From contig CACLBK010000002.1 of assembly GCA_902605135.1 (NCBI GenBank), forward strand, positions 2,164-66,163: a stretch of 64,000 nt of DNA, given 5' to 3'. The position numbers and the translations under genes are program-made. Source of the stretch: an uncultured Alphaproteobacteria bacterium (lineage in GTDB: Bacteria; Pseudomonadota; Alphaproteobacteria; HIMB59; GCA-002718135). A model generated the notes under the pieces. That model saw only the letters and a program-made list of their open reading frames with translations, was not told the DNA's origin and made no database searches. How positions within the stretch are numbered: position 1 is the stretch's first letter; each line of letters starts with the position of its first letter. This document shows positions 52,800-62,692 of the stretch, piece after piece.

Positions 52800-53154
52800 A
52801 GTAACAATTTTATTTCTCTTATCACTAACTGTCTCTGCTGAGACTATTGAAAAAAAGTATGCTTCTTTCAAGTTATTAAATAAGACCACTAATAAAGTTT
52901 CTACAAAAGATATTTTGGTTAACTCAAATATATCATGGGAAACTTTAAATATTGAAGTTTTCTATTGTGCTAGTACTCCTCCAATTGAAATTCCTGAAGA
53001 TTATGTTTTGATAGATGTCTACGATACTATCAACAATGAAAATACTAATATTTATAAAGGCTGGATGATTTCTTCTTCTCCCGATGTAACTCCATTAGAA
53101 AATCCTATTTATGATCTTTGGTTAGTTGATTGTAGTAATGATAAGACTTCTTGA
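52750..53154 (+). CDS. Secreted DUF2155-like protein
   Basis: From the ATG at 52750 the product begins with a plausible signal peptide (MIQKKKKKNTNLGLLTRVTILFLLSLTVSA). A gene of this kind commonly follows NDUFA12-like genes in alphaproteobacteria. The start is uncertain. Confidence 0.55.
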   Translation: MIQKKKKKNTNLGLLTRVTILFLLSLTVSAETIEKKYASFKLLNKTTNKVSTKDILVNSNISWETLNIEVFYCASTPPIEIPEDYVLIDVYDTINNENTNIYKGWMISSSPDVTPLENPIYDLWLVDCSNDKTS

Positions 53155-53762
53155 AAATTATTAATATCCTTAAAAAAACTCTCAATTTCTAAACTTTCTT
53201 TTAGTTTATTTTCATAAATTTCAGTTTCTATCTCATAGGCACCAAACTGAACTAAATGAGGATTGAAAAACTGTGAATCTAAAATGGAAAAATTATTTTT
53301 TTTCAATATTGCCAATAAATAAAGTAGACAAAACTTACTTGTATTGGTCTTTAAACTAAACATGCTTTCACCAAAAAAGCATGATCCTATATGTAAACCG
53401 TATAAACCACCAACTAGTTTATCATCTTCATAACATTCAACACTATGACATTTATCTATTTTGTATAATTCAATATATGTATCCAAAATAATATCATTTA
53501 TCCAAGTATCTTTATCCTTTCTTTTAATTTCTTTACATAATTCTATAACTTTTGCAAAATTGTGATCTATTTTAAAACTGTATTTTGTTTTTTTAAATTC
53601 ATTAAATAGTTTTTTAGGATAGTGAAAATTAGAAATTGGAATAATAAATCTAATTTTTGGCTTATAAAATTTTATTTCTTCAGAATACTTACTATCAGCC
53701 ATCGGAAAGTAAGCTTTTTTATAAAATTTTATTAAGCTGTTTAAATCAATTATTTTACTCAA
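53109..53762 (-). CDS. aat: Leucyl/phenylalanyl-tRNA--protein transferase
   Basis: YFPM near the N-terminus and GGLYGLHIGSCFFGESMFS. Confidence 0.88.
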   Translation of the reverse strand: MSKIIDLNSLIKFYKKAYFPMADSKYSEEIKFYKPKIRFIIPISNFHYPKKLFNEFKKTKYSFKIDHNFAKVIELCKEIKRKDKDTWINDIILDTYIELYKIDKCHSVECYEDDKLVGGLYGLHIGSCFFGESMFSLKTNTSKFCLLYLLAILKKNNFSILDSQFFNPHLVQFGAYEIETEIYENKLKESLEIESFFKDINNFQEVLSLLQSTNQRS

Positions 53763-55086
53763 TTAAATTTGACATAAAATTAATGTTGTAACTTCCTCTT
53801 TTAAATTCATCAGTTTGAATAATTTTTTGATGGAGTTGTATATTTGTATTTATTCCCATAATTACATATTCTTCTAGTGCTCTATTCATTTTTTTTAGAG
53901 CTTCTGATCTTGTTGCGCCGTAGGTAATTAGCTTACCAATCATACTATCATAGTGGGATGGAATTGAGTAACCATCATATACAGCTGAGTCTACTCTAAT
54001 GCCCAGTCCTCCAGGTTGGTGGTATTGTGTTATCTTACCAGGTGATGGTATAAAACTTTCTGGATGTTCAGCATTGATTCGGCATTCAATTGAGCTTCCT
54101 TTTAATTTTATATCTTCTTGTTTTATTGTAAGTTTTTCACCATTAGCTACAAGAATTTGTTCTTTAACAAGATCAATGCCAGTAACCATTTCTGTTACTG
54201 GGTGCTCAACTTGTAATCGTGTATTCATTTCCATAAAATAAAATTCATCATTTTCATATAAAAATTCTAATGTTCCAACTCCTTCATATCCTATTTTTTT
54301 CATAGATTTTCTACAAAGTTCAGAAATTTTTTCTCTATTATCATTTGTTAGCACTGAACTTGGACTTTCTTCAATAAGTTTTTGATGCTTTCTTTGAATA
54401 GAGCAATCCCTCTCTCCAAGAGTAACAACATTTCCAAATGAATCACAAAGAACTTGAATTTCAATATGTTTGGGAGATGTTAAAAACTTTTCTAAATAAA
54501 CATTTTCATCATTAAATGATTTTTTTGCTTCAATTTTTGCTTCATTTATAGCTTTATTCAAATCATCTTCTTCTGTGACAATTCTCATTCCTTTTCCACC
54601 ACCACCACTCGCTGCTTTTACAATAATTGGGTATTTTACTTTTTTTATAAATGCTTCAATTTTATTTTTATCACTTAAATCATTTATACCTTTTACTGTT
54701 GGCACCCCAGTTTCATCCATTATTTTTTTTGCATCAATTTTGTTACCCATCATTTTGATATGTTCTGATTTTGGTCCAATAAACTTAATATTGTGTTCTT
54801 CAATAATTTCGGCAAATCTCTGATTTTCACTTAAAAAACCATATCCAGGGTGAATTGCGTCTACATCAGTTAATGTTGCAGCAGTTATAATTGCAGGTAT
54901 ATTTAAATAACTTGATTGTGCAGATGCTGGCCCAACACAAATACTTTCATCTGCCATTCTTACATGCATTGCATTTTCATCAACATCAGAGTGAATGGCT
55001 ACAGTTTTTATTCCAAGTTCTCTACATGCTCTAAGTACACGTAAAGCAATTTCACCTCTATTAGCAATAAGTATTTTTTTGAACAT
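53755..55086 (-). CDS. accC: Acetyl-CoA carboxylase biotin carboxylase subunit
   Basis: KILIANRGEIA, the GGGGKGMR ATP-grasp loop, and EMNTRLQVEHPVTE. Confidence 0.97.
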   Translation of the reverse strand: MFKKILIANRGEIALRVLRACRELGIKTVAIHSDVDENAMHVRMADESICVGPASAQSSYLNIPAIITAATLTDVDAIHPGYGFLSENQRFAEIIEEHNIKFIGPKSEHIKMMGNKIDAKKIMDETGVPTVKGINDLSDKNKIEAFIKKVKYPIIVKAASGGGGKGMRIVTEEDDLNKAINEAKIEAKKSFNDENVYLEKFLTSPKHIEIQVLCDSFGNVVTLGERDCSIQRKHQKLIEESPSSVLTNDNREKISELCRKSMKKIGYEGVGTLEFLYENDEFYFMEMNTRLQVEHPVTEMVTGIDLVKEQILVANGEKLTIKQEDIKLKGSSIECRINAEHPESFIPSPGKITQYHQPGGLGIRVDSAVYDGYSIPSHYDSMIGKLITYGATRSEALKKMNRALEEYVIMGINTNIQLHQKIIQTDEFKRGSYNINFMSNLIE

Positions 55087-55532
55087 TATTCAAAAATTAT
55101 AAGAGTATCACCATATTCAACGGGCTGACTATTCAAAGTAACTATTTTTTTAATAATCCCAGATCTAGGAGCTTTAATTTCATTAAAAGTCTTCATAGCT
55201 TCAATTAACAACAAAGTATCTCCAGCTTTTACATGTTGACCAACTTTAACATAAGGTTGCGAGTTTGGATCAGCAGAAAGATAAGCAACTCCTACCATTG
55301 GAGATTTGACTATATTTTCCTCATTTACAACTTCGTTTCCATTATCAACTTCTTTAACTTCAGTATTTTTTTCAAATTTCTTAATAGAAACATTGTTTCC
55401 ACTGAATTCATTTGAGGTAATTTCAATTTCATAATCATTTTTTTTTATTTTTATTTTTGCAACACCATTAATTTTTGTTTCTTTAATAATTAACTTAATA
55501 TTATCTAAATCTGTTTTATCAATTTTAGTCAT
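55086..55532 (-). CDS. accB: Biotin carboxyl carrier protein
   Basis: Biotinyl-lysine motif EAMKTFNEI. 1-nt overlap with accC. Confidence 0.93.
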   Translation of the reverse strand: MTKIDKTDLDNIKLIIKETKINGVAKIKIKKNDYEIEITSNEFSGNNVSIKKFEKNTEVKEVDNGNEVVNEENIVKSPMVGVAYLSADPNSQPYVKVGQHVKAGDTLLLIEAMKTFNEIKAPRSGIIKKIVTLNSQPVEYGDTLIIFE

Positions 55533-55534
55533 AC

Positions 55535-55972
55535 TTATTTATAAATTAATTTGTATATTGCTTCAATTCCTAGAAGGTAACTATTTCCACCAAATCCACA
55601 AATTAACCCATGTACTCCTTCAGAAGTAATACTTTTTTTTCTATATTCTTCTCTTGCATAAATATTTGAAAGATGAATTTCTATTTTGGGTTTATTTATT
55701 GCTCTTAATGAATCTAGAATGGCAATTGATGAATGAGTAAATGCTGCTGGATTGATGATCAAACCATCAAATTTATCATTTACTTCATGAATCTTATCAA
55801 TTATTTCACCTTCATTGTTAGATTGGAAAAATATAATTTCTAATTTTTTTTCTATACCTGTTTTTTCACAATTAGATTTAATCTTAGCTAAACTGTCTTT
55901 ACCATAAATATCATCTTCTCTATTACCTAATAGATTTAGGTTAGGGCCATTAATAATTAAAATTTTTTTCAT
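55535..55972 (-). CDS. aroQ: 3-dehydroquinate dehydratase type II
   Basis: INGPNLNLLG, NPAAFTHSS and HLSNIYAREEYR. Confidence 0.93.
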   Translation of the reverse strand: MKKILIINGPNLNLLGNREDDIYGKDSLAKIKSNCEKTGIEKKLEIIFFQSNNEGEIIDKIHEVNDKFDGLIINPAAFTHSSIAILDSLRAINKPKIEIHLSNIYAREEYRKKSITSEGVHGLICGFGGNSYLLGIEAIYKLIYK

Positions 55973-55973
55973 T

Positions 55974-57032
55974 CTATTTAAAATGTTTACTTAATTTTAA
56001 ACCTTGATTTTGATAATTTGATTTAATATCTTTTCCGTATACAATATTACTATTTTTGTTCAACTTTTCATATTTAATTCTAGCTATAGTTTGACCATCT
56101 TCTAATAAAAAAGGTACTTCATTTGTTTTTACTTCCAAAACTGCATATGATCCTTTATGTAAACCAAAACCTGGATCAAAAAAACCTGCATAATGTGCTC
56201 TAAAGTCTCCAATGCCTGTATCATATGGTATCATTTCTCCAGCTAAATTTGATGGTATCACAACCTTCTCTTTTGATCTCAAAATATAAAACTTATTTTT
56301 TTCAATTACTAATTTTTTATTATTTTTTCTAATTATTTTCCAAAAATCATTTATTTTATGATATTTAATTTTAGAAAAATTTAAAATTGGAGTATTTTCT
56401 TTAGCTACATAAGCAATTATTTTTGATCTAGCCAGATCAATTGATAACTTTAATCCGTTATCAATTTTAATATCGCTACTAGTTTGATTTGAAATTTTTT
56501 GCTTTTTACTAAGATCAATAAGTTGTTTATCAGTCAAATAATTATGATTTTTACTTACAAGTCTCAATTGATTTAAAGAATTATTTTTTTTGAATGATAC
56601 ATCAAATGATCTTGATGTTATTTCTAAAAATATTTCACCTTCATAATTCATAGGAATTTTTTCATATTCTTCTGCATAATCAACAAGTGATCTACAAAAA
56701 ATATCTAATCTCCCAGTACTACTTTTGGGGTTGCAGTGACCAAATATATTATTTTTTAAATTAAGACATTCATTAAGTCTAACAATGTAAGTTTTGTTTT
56801 TTCTAAATATATATTCGTTATTTAAATTTATTTTTTTTATAGCTAAATCTTTTAATTTATCTCTAACCTTTGAATTATAGGATAAAAAACTATGCTTAAT
56901 TTCATAACACTCTTCACTTAGTGACAAGTCTATACTTGATGGTTGTATTTGAGTATTTTGAATATTTTTTGTAATAATAAGATTTTTATTAATTAAATTT
57001 ATATAATCTTGGTATACTAGTGATCCATTCAT
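55974..57032 (-). CDS. dcd: dCTP deaminase, long (about 350 aa) form
   Basis: dUTPase-superfamily features: PSSIDLSL near the N-terminus and YAGFFDPGFG in the C-terminal half. The size matches the long DCD family seen in alphaproteobacteria. Confidence 0.7.
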   Translation of the reverse strand: MNGSLVYQDYINLINKNLIITKNIQNTQIQPSSIDLSLSEECYEIKHSFLSYNSKVRDKLKDLAIKKINLNNEYIFRKNKTYIVRLNECLNLKNNIFGHCNPKSSTGRLDIFCRSLVDYAEEYEKIPMNYEGEIFLEITSRSFDVSFKKNNSLNQLRLVSKNHNYLTDKQLIDLSKKQKISNQTSSDIKIDNGLKLSIDLARSKIIAYVAKENTPILNFSKIKYHKINDFWKIIRKNNKKLVIEKNKFYILRSKEKVVIPSNLAGEMIPYDTGIGDFRAHYAGFFDPGFGLHKGSYAVLEVKTNEVPFLLEDGQTIARIKYEKLNKNSNIVYGKDIKSNYQNQGLKLSKHFK

Positions 57033-58327
57033 TAATTTATGTTCTGAATTATTTTAACTAGTTTCAACAAATCTTTATCTTTAGTTTTTTTAAAATTTGT
57101 AATTTGTATTTCAAAATCTTCATTTTCGATATTATTTATTGATAAAACAAAGTTAAAGAATTTTAACCATTCTTTTTTATTTAGTTTTTGTGCTAATTCA
57201 ATATATTTTAATAGAATATTTTTATTATTAAAAAATTTGTATAAAAGATCTTTATTATTTTGAAAAATTATCTCAGTATCACTATTAGATAAATTTTTTA
57301 TTTCAATATTTTCAAATATTCTAATCTGTGCATAATAATTTGAAGGATATCTTTCTAAATTTTTTTTATAAAATTTTATAGCTTCATCTGTATATCCATA
57401 AGAAAATAATATATCTGCCTTAGTTTCTAACAAAAAACTATTTTTATTCTTTTTAATTATTTCATTTAAATTCTTTAAGGACATTTTTAGATTTCCATTT
57501 CTGGCTATTTTAATTGATTCCGCATAAGATTTAAAAGGTTCATTTAATTTATTTAAAACTTCCTCATTATCACTATAACCTATAAATTTTGCTTTTATGT
57601 AGTTAAATCTTTCATTATAATTTTTATTATAATTTATTTCTTGTTTGTCTTTGAAGTTTTGTATTAATAGTATCCTATCTTCAAAGTATGGATGAGTACT
57701 AATTTTCTGTTTATCTTTTGAAAAACCTTTATCTAATAATTTTCCTTCAATTGTCTCTAATAATATTTGAATTGATTTAGAATTAGTTTTTAGTAAATTT
57801 AATGTTCTTAATGCATATATATCTGCTTCCATTTCTTGATCTTTACTAAAGACAATATTTTGGTTTGATATAACGGCTGTAGTTAGAATACTTCCTTGTA
57901 TTAATTGAGGATTTTGAGTTAATGTTGAACCAGCTATTATAGATAAAAGACCTATTTTATTATATTTGTTACTATCTTCTGACGATTTTATTCTAAGCGC
58001 AATATGGTTGAGATCTATATGACCAACTTCATGAGCTAATACAGACAGTAGTGCTACATAGTCTGAGCAATAAATTATTAATCCAGAGTTAATATGAATT
58101 ACATTATTAATATCTACAAAAGCATTTATTTCATTACTATTATTTATTTTAAATTTAATTTTTTTATTTATTTTATTTACTTTAATTATATCTTCTAAAA
58201 TCTGATTAACGAATTCGTCAGTTTCGTAATCTAGTATTTGTGAGCTATGACTACTTTTCAAAGAAAAAATAAAAAATAAGAAAAAAACTAATATTTTTTT
58301 AAGACCACCATCCAGTTTTTTCTTCAT
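57032..58327 (-). CDS. M48-family zinc metallopeptidase with C-terminal TPR-like region
   Basis: Signal peptide, HEVGH zinc motif, a downstream E (QEMEAD), and a helical-repeat C-terminal half. Confidence 0.8.
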   Translation of the reverse strand: MKKKLDGGLKKILVFFLFFIFSLKSSHSSQILDYETDEFVNQILEDIIKVNKINKKIKFKINNSNEINAFVDINNVIHINSGLIIYCSDYVALLSVLAHEVGHIDLNHIALRIKSSEDSNKYNKIGLLSIIAGSTLTQNPQLIQGSILTTAVISNQNIVFSKDQEMEADIYALRTLNLLKTNSKSIQILLETIEGKLLDKGFSKDKQKISTHPYFEDRILLIQNFKDKQEINYNKNYNERFNYIKAKFIGYSDNEEVLNKLNEPFKSYAESIKIARNGNLKMSLKNLNEIIKKNKNSFLLETKADILFSYGYTDEAIKFYKKNLERYPSNYYAQIRIFENIEIKNLSNSDTEIIFQNNKDLLYKFFNNKNILLKYIELAQKLNKKEWLKFFNFVLSINNIENEDFEIQITNFKKTKDKDLLKLVKIIQNIN

Positions 58328-60221
58328 CTTTGTTTGTGTTACTCTCGTTTAAATTTAAATTCTTTTGTGTTACAATTTTATCATCTTCTTTTATTTTATT
58401 ACTATCTAAATTATTTTGTTTAATACTTTTTTTTGTTTTTTTAGTTTTTATTACTTTCTTTTTTTTTATTATTTTAGTAGTTTTATTTTTTTTCTTTATA
58501 TTTGTTTTTTCAATATTATTGGACTGATAATTTTCATCAATTTTAATTAAAGGATCATGTAAAGAATATTGTGGATCAAAATAAAAATTAATTTTGGATT
58601 CAAATTTATTTTCTAATGAATTTATCTCACTCTTTTTATTGTTTAATAAATTTTCTGCTAATCCACTATTACATTTAACGTTAATAATTGAATTTTTATT
58701 TTCAGAGATTTTTTCTTTAATAACCTTTAAGATCTGATCAATTATTGAAGAAGAATTCAAAATTAAACCTGATCCTTTGCAGTAATTACATCTTTCAAAA
58801 GATTTATCAATTAAGCTCGATCTTAATCTTTGCCTTGATAGTTCCATTAATCCAAACATGCTTATTCTTCCAATTTGAACTCTCGCTCTATCTCTTACTA
58901 GCGCTGTTTTTAAACTTTTTTCAACTTTAAAATTATTTCGATAATCATCCATATCAATGAAATCTATAACTACCAAGCCTCCAAGATCTCTCAATCTTAG
59001 TTGTCTAGCTATCTCTACTGCAGCTTCTAAATTTGTTTTTAAGGCGGTATTTTCAATATTTCTCTCAGATGTATTTTTCCCAGAGTTTACATCTACAGCA
59101 ACTAATGCCTCAGTTGTGTTAATTACAATAGAGCCACCAGATTTTAATTTTACATTAAGACTAAAAAGATCATTAATTTGCGTTTCAATATTATTGGAAG
59201 CAAAAAGTGAGTTTTCTTCAGATTTGTATTGTTTTACTTTTTTTACGAATGTTGGTGCTAAATTTTTGGTAATTTTTTTAACTTTATCGTACCCATCTTT
59301 TCCTTCAACTAAAATTTTTTCTACATCCTCACTGAGCATATCTCTAATTGCTCTTTTTAAAACGTTTCCTTCTTCATGAATCATTTCTGGTGCTTCTGAT
59401 TTTAAAGTAATTTCTCTGATTTTATTCCATTGGCTTACAAGGAATGTTAGATCTTTTGAAATTTCTTTTTTTGTTCTTCCAATACCAGCTGTTCTTACAA
59501 TTACCGACATTTTTTCTGGTATTTCTACAGATGATAAAATCTGCTTTAATTTTTTTCTTTCTTCTACATCTCCAATTTTTCTTGATATACCATCACTATT
59601 CATACTATTTGGCATTAGGACACAATATCTTCCTGCAAATGATAAATATGTTGTTAATGCCGCCCCTTTTAAACCTCTTTCCTCTTTGTTGATCTGAACA
59701 AGTAAAACTTGTTTAGGCCGAATTACATCTTGAATTTTATATTTTCTAAAATAATTAAAATATTCTTTTCTCGGGCTTATTTTTTTATTCTTTCTTTTTC
59801 TAATAGAAATAGTTTTTTCATCTGTATTATCTATTTCTTCTTCAGATTTATTTTCAATATTGTCACTCTCGGTTTCATCTAACTCATTTACATTTTCTGA
59901 GTTTTGTAAATCATCTTCTTCTTGTTCATTATTTATTTTATCGTTAAGTTCTTTAATTTTCTGTTCATCTGAAGCAGGGATTTTAAAATAATCAGGATGT
60001 ATTTCTGTAAGAGGTAAAAAACCATTTCTATTTGTACCAAAATCAACAAAGGCTGCCTGAAGAGAAGGTTCTATTCTTGTTATTTTTGCTAAATAAATAT
60101 CACCTTTTACAGCATTCTTTTTGCTTGGTTCAATTTCAAAATCATCAAGTTTGCCATCTTCGATAACTGCGATTCTTGTTTCAATATTGTTTGTTGTATC
60201 AATAAGTATATTCTTTGACAT
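58299..60221 (-). CDS. rne: Ribonuclease E/G family endoribonuclease (short RNase E)
   Basis: S1 domain (GDIYLAKITRIEPSLQAAFVDFG), catalytic block ALVAVDVNSG, Zn-link CNYCKGSG, and a Lys-rich tail. Confidence 0.9.
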   Translation of the reverse strand: MSKNILIDTTNNIETRIAVIEDGKLDDFEIEPSKKNAVKGDIYLAKITRIEPSLQAAFVDFGTNRNGFLPLTEIHPDYFKIPASDEQKIKELNDKINNEQEEDDLQNSENVNELDETESDNIENKSEEEIDNTDEKTISIRKRKNKKISPRKEYFNYFRKYKIQDVIRPKQVLLVQINKEERGLKGAALTTYLSFAGRYCVLMPNSMNSDGISRKIGDVEERKKLKQILSSVEIPEKMSVIVRTAGIGRTKKEISKDLTFLVSQWNKIREITLKSEAPEMIHEEGNVLKRAIRDMLSEDVEKILVEGKDGYDKVKKITKNLAPTFVKKVKQYKSEENSLFASNNIETQINDLFSLNVKLKSGGSIVINTTEALVAVDVNSGKNTSERNIENTALKTNLEAAVEIARQLRLRDLGGLVVIDFIDMDDYRNNFKVEKSLKTALVRDRARVQIGRISMFGLMELSRQRLRSSLIDKSFERCNYCKGSGLILNSSSIIDQILKVIKEKISENKNSIINVKCNSGLAENLLNNKKSEINSLENKFESKINFYFDPQYSLHDPLIKIDENYQSNNIEKTNIKKKNKTTKIIKKKKVIKTKKTKKSIKQNNLDSNKIKEDDKIVTQKNLNLNESNTNKDEEKTGWWS

Positions 60222-60333
60222 ATAGCCGAAACTCCGTAAAAATTTTTAAGTATTAAAATCATTTTTTATTTATATCTGTATTATAATTGCTTAATGTCAT
60301 ATTTTTAACTATTTCACAATGTAGATTATCAAT

Positions 60334-62688
60334 ATGATTAGGTTTTTTAACTATATTAAATTACTATTCATTTTACTAATTATATTTGGATTTATCTCAA
60401 TATTTTTAATTTTTTATATACTCTGGCAATATTCATCAGAATTACCCTCTTATGAAAGTATTTTGAAATATAAACCAAATCTATCTTCAAGAATTTATAG
60501 CTCAGATGGTTTTCTTTTAAAAAGTTTTTATACAGAAGAAAGGATATTCATACCTCAAAACAGAATACCTAAAGACATTAAAAATGCCTTTTTAGCATCT
60601 GAAGATAAAAATTTCTATGATCATTACGGTATAGATATAGTTGCAATTTTTAGAGCTTTTTTAACAAACGTTACAAATATAAATTCTGATCGAAGGGTAG
60701 TCGGAGCTTCGACAATTACACAACAAGTTGTAAAAAATTTATTACTTAGTAATGAATTAAGTTATTCAAGAAAGATAAAAGAAATCATTTTAGCAATAAG
60801 AATTGAAAATATTTTAGATAAAAATGAAATCTTAGAATTATATTTAAATGACATTTATTTAGGTTTTGGTTCTTATGGAGTCGGTTCTGCAAGTTTAAAT
60901 TATTTTAATAAATCTATTTACGATCTTGAACTTCATGAGATAGCTTATTTAGCAGCACTACCTAAGGCACCTAATAATTATAATCCAAAGTCAAACTACA
61001 TAAAAGCTTTGGAAAGAAGAAATTGGGTTATAGATAGAATGTATGCAAATAAATTTATTAAAAAGCAAGATCTCAAATATAAAAATAAACCTTTAGAGGT
61101 ATACAAGCGAAATGATACCGAGTTTTTAGGTGCAGATTATTTTTATGAGGAAATTAGAAAAGAACTTTTCAACAAGTATGGTAAAGAAAAACTTTATTCT
61201 GAAGGGTTAATAATTAAAACTGCACTCGATTCAAAAATTCAACAGAGTGCAGATGTTAGTCTAATAGAAGGATTAATTGAATATGAAAAAAAACAAGGGT
61301 GGAATGGTCTAATAGAGAATACAACTTTAGAAAAATTTTTGAATAAAAAAGATTTTTATGACAATAAAAATCCTTTTGTACCAAAATGGCAAACTGTAAT
61401 CATCGATGCTGTATATAAAAAAAAATTAGAAATAATTAATTTAGATAATATTAAATTTGAAGTCAATTTACAAAATGAGTTTAACAACTGGCTTTTAAAT
61501 GAAAGTTTTAATAAAGGTGATGTAATTTACATAGAAAAAAAGAAAAATTCTTTCATCATTAATCAAGAGCCTAAAGTAAATGGTGCAATAATTGTTTTAG
61601 ATCCATATTCAGGTGATATTTTAGCTCTATCAGGTGGCTATAGTTTTAAAAAAAGTGAATTTAATAGAGCCACACAGGCTAAAAGGCAGCCTGGATCAGC
61701 TTTTAAGCCAATTGTTTATTTAGCTGCTTTGAATGAAGGATATTCTCCTGCCACTTTAATACTAGATGCACCCTATGTAGTTGATCAAGGACCAGGCCTA
61801 CCAAAATGGAAACCTTCAAATTATGTAGATGAATTTTATGGTCTTACTACAATGAGAACAGGGATAGAAAAATCAAGAAATCTTATGACTGTAAGACTTG
61901 CTAATAGAATAGGGATGAAAAAAATATTAGATATGGCAAATAATTTCAATATTAATGAAGGTTTAGATACTAACCTTTCAATGTCTCTTGGCTCTGGTGT
62001 TTTGACTTTAATGGAATTAACAAATGCATACGCTATGATTGCAAATGGTGGAAAAAGAATTGAACCAAAATTAATAACAAGTATTTATTCCAAGGATGGA
62101 AAAAAAATTTATGACACAAGATTAAAAAAATGCTTTGGGTGTAGAATTAAAACAATATTATCAAAAAATAAAATACCTCATTTAGACGAAACTAAAAATA
62201 TTATAATTGATCCAAGACTAGCTTATCAAATCACATCGATGATGGAAGGAGTAATTGAAAGAGGAACCGCAAAAAAATTAAAAGATTTAAATATCCCTAT
62301 TGCAGGAAAGACTGGAACGACAAATCAGAATAAAGATGCTTGGTTTATTGGATACACTCCTGATTTAGTAATTGGAGTGTATGTGGGATTTGATCAACCT
62401 AAATCTCTAGGATACAAACAAACTGGATCTAGTGTAGCTGTTCCAATATTTAAAAATTTAGCAAAAAAAATAAAAATTAATAAAAATAAAAAACCATTTA
62501 GAATACCATCTGGTATAAGTTTTGTAAGAATTGATCCTAACAGTGGTATAGTATCCAATGAGAAAGAAAGTATAGTTGAGCCCTTTATCTTAGGATCGGA
62601 ACCATATACTAATGAAATTAATGTAATAGATGGCTTAGAAAATTTTAATAACAATTCCATTTCGGGAACAGGTGGTTTATTAGAGTAA
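60334..62688 (+). CDS. mrcA: Penicillin-binding protein 1A (bifunctional transglycosylase/transpeptidase)
   Basis: GT51 motifs EDKNFYDHYGID, GASTITQQ and RKIKE. Transpeptidase motifs SAFKP, KSRN and KTGTT. Confidence 0.93.
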   Translation: MIRFFNYIKLLFILLIIFGFISIFLIFYILWQYSSELPSYESILKYKPNLSSRIYSSDGFLLKSFYTEERIFIPQNRIPKDIKNAFLASEDKNFYDHYGIDIVAIFRAFLTNVTNINSDRRVVGASTITQQVVKNLLLSNELSYSRKIKEIILAIRIENILDKNEILELYLNDIYLGFGSYGVGSASLNYFNKSIYDLELHEIAYLAALPKAPNNYNPKSNYIKALERRNWVIDRMYANKFIKKQDLKYKNKPLEVYKRNDTEFLGADYFYEEIRKELFNKYGKEKLYSEGLIIKTALDSKIQQSADVSLIEGLIEYEKKQGWNGLIENTTLEKFLNKKDFYDNKNPFVPKWQTVIIDAVYKKKLEIINLDNIKFEVNLQNEFNNWLLNESFNKGDVIYIEKKKNSFIINQEPKVNGAIIVLDPYSGDILALSGGYSFKKSEFNRATQAKRQPGSAFKPIVYLAALNEGYSPATLILDAPYVVDQGPGLPKWKPSNYVDEFYGLTTMRTGIEKSRNLMTVRLANRIGMKKILDMANNFNINEGLDTNLSMSLGSGVLTLMELTNAYAMIANGGKRIEPKLITSIYSKDGKKIYDTRLKKCFGCRIKTILSKNKIPHLDETKNIIIDPRLAYQITSMMEGVIERGTAKKLKDLNIPIAGKTGTTNQNKDAWFIGYTPDLVIGVYVGFDQPKSLGYKQTGSSVAVPIFKNLAKKIKINKNKKPFRIPSGISFVRIDPNSGIVSNEKESIVEPFILGSEPYTNEINVIDGLENFNNNSISGTGGLLE

Positions 62689-62692
62689 AAAT

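Noticed and set aside
58330-59692. Several plus-strand ORFs (58330..58527, 58745..58930, 58957..59379, 59444..59692) opposite rne
   Set aside because: They are Phe/Leu-rich mirror images of the Lys/Glu-rich RNase E sequence. They lie entirely within a well-supported gene.
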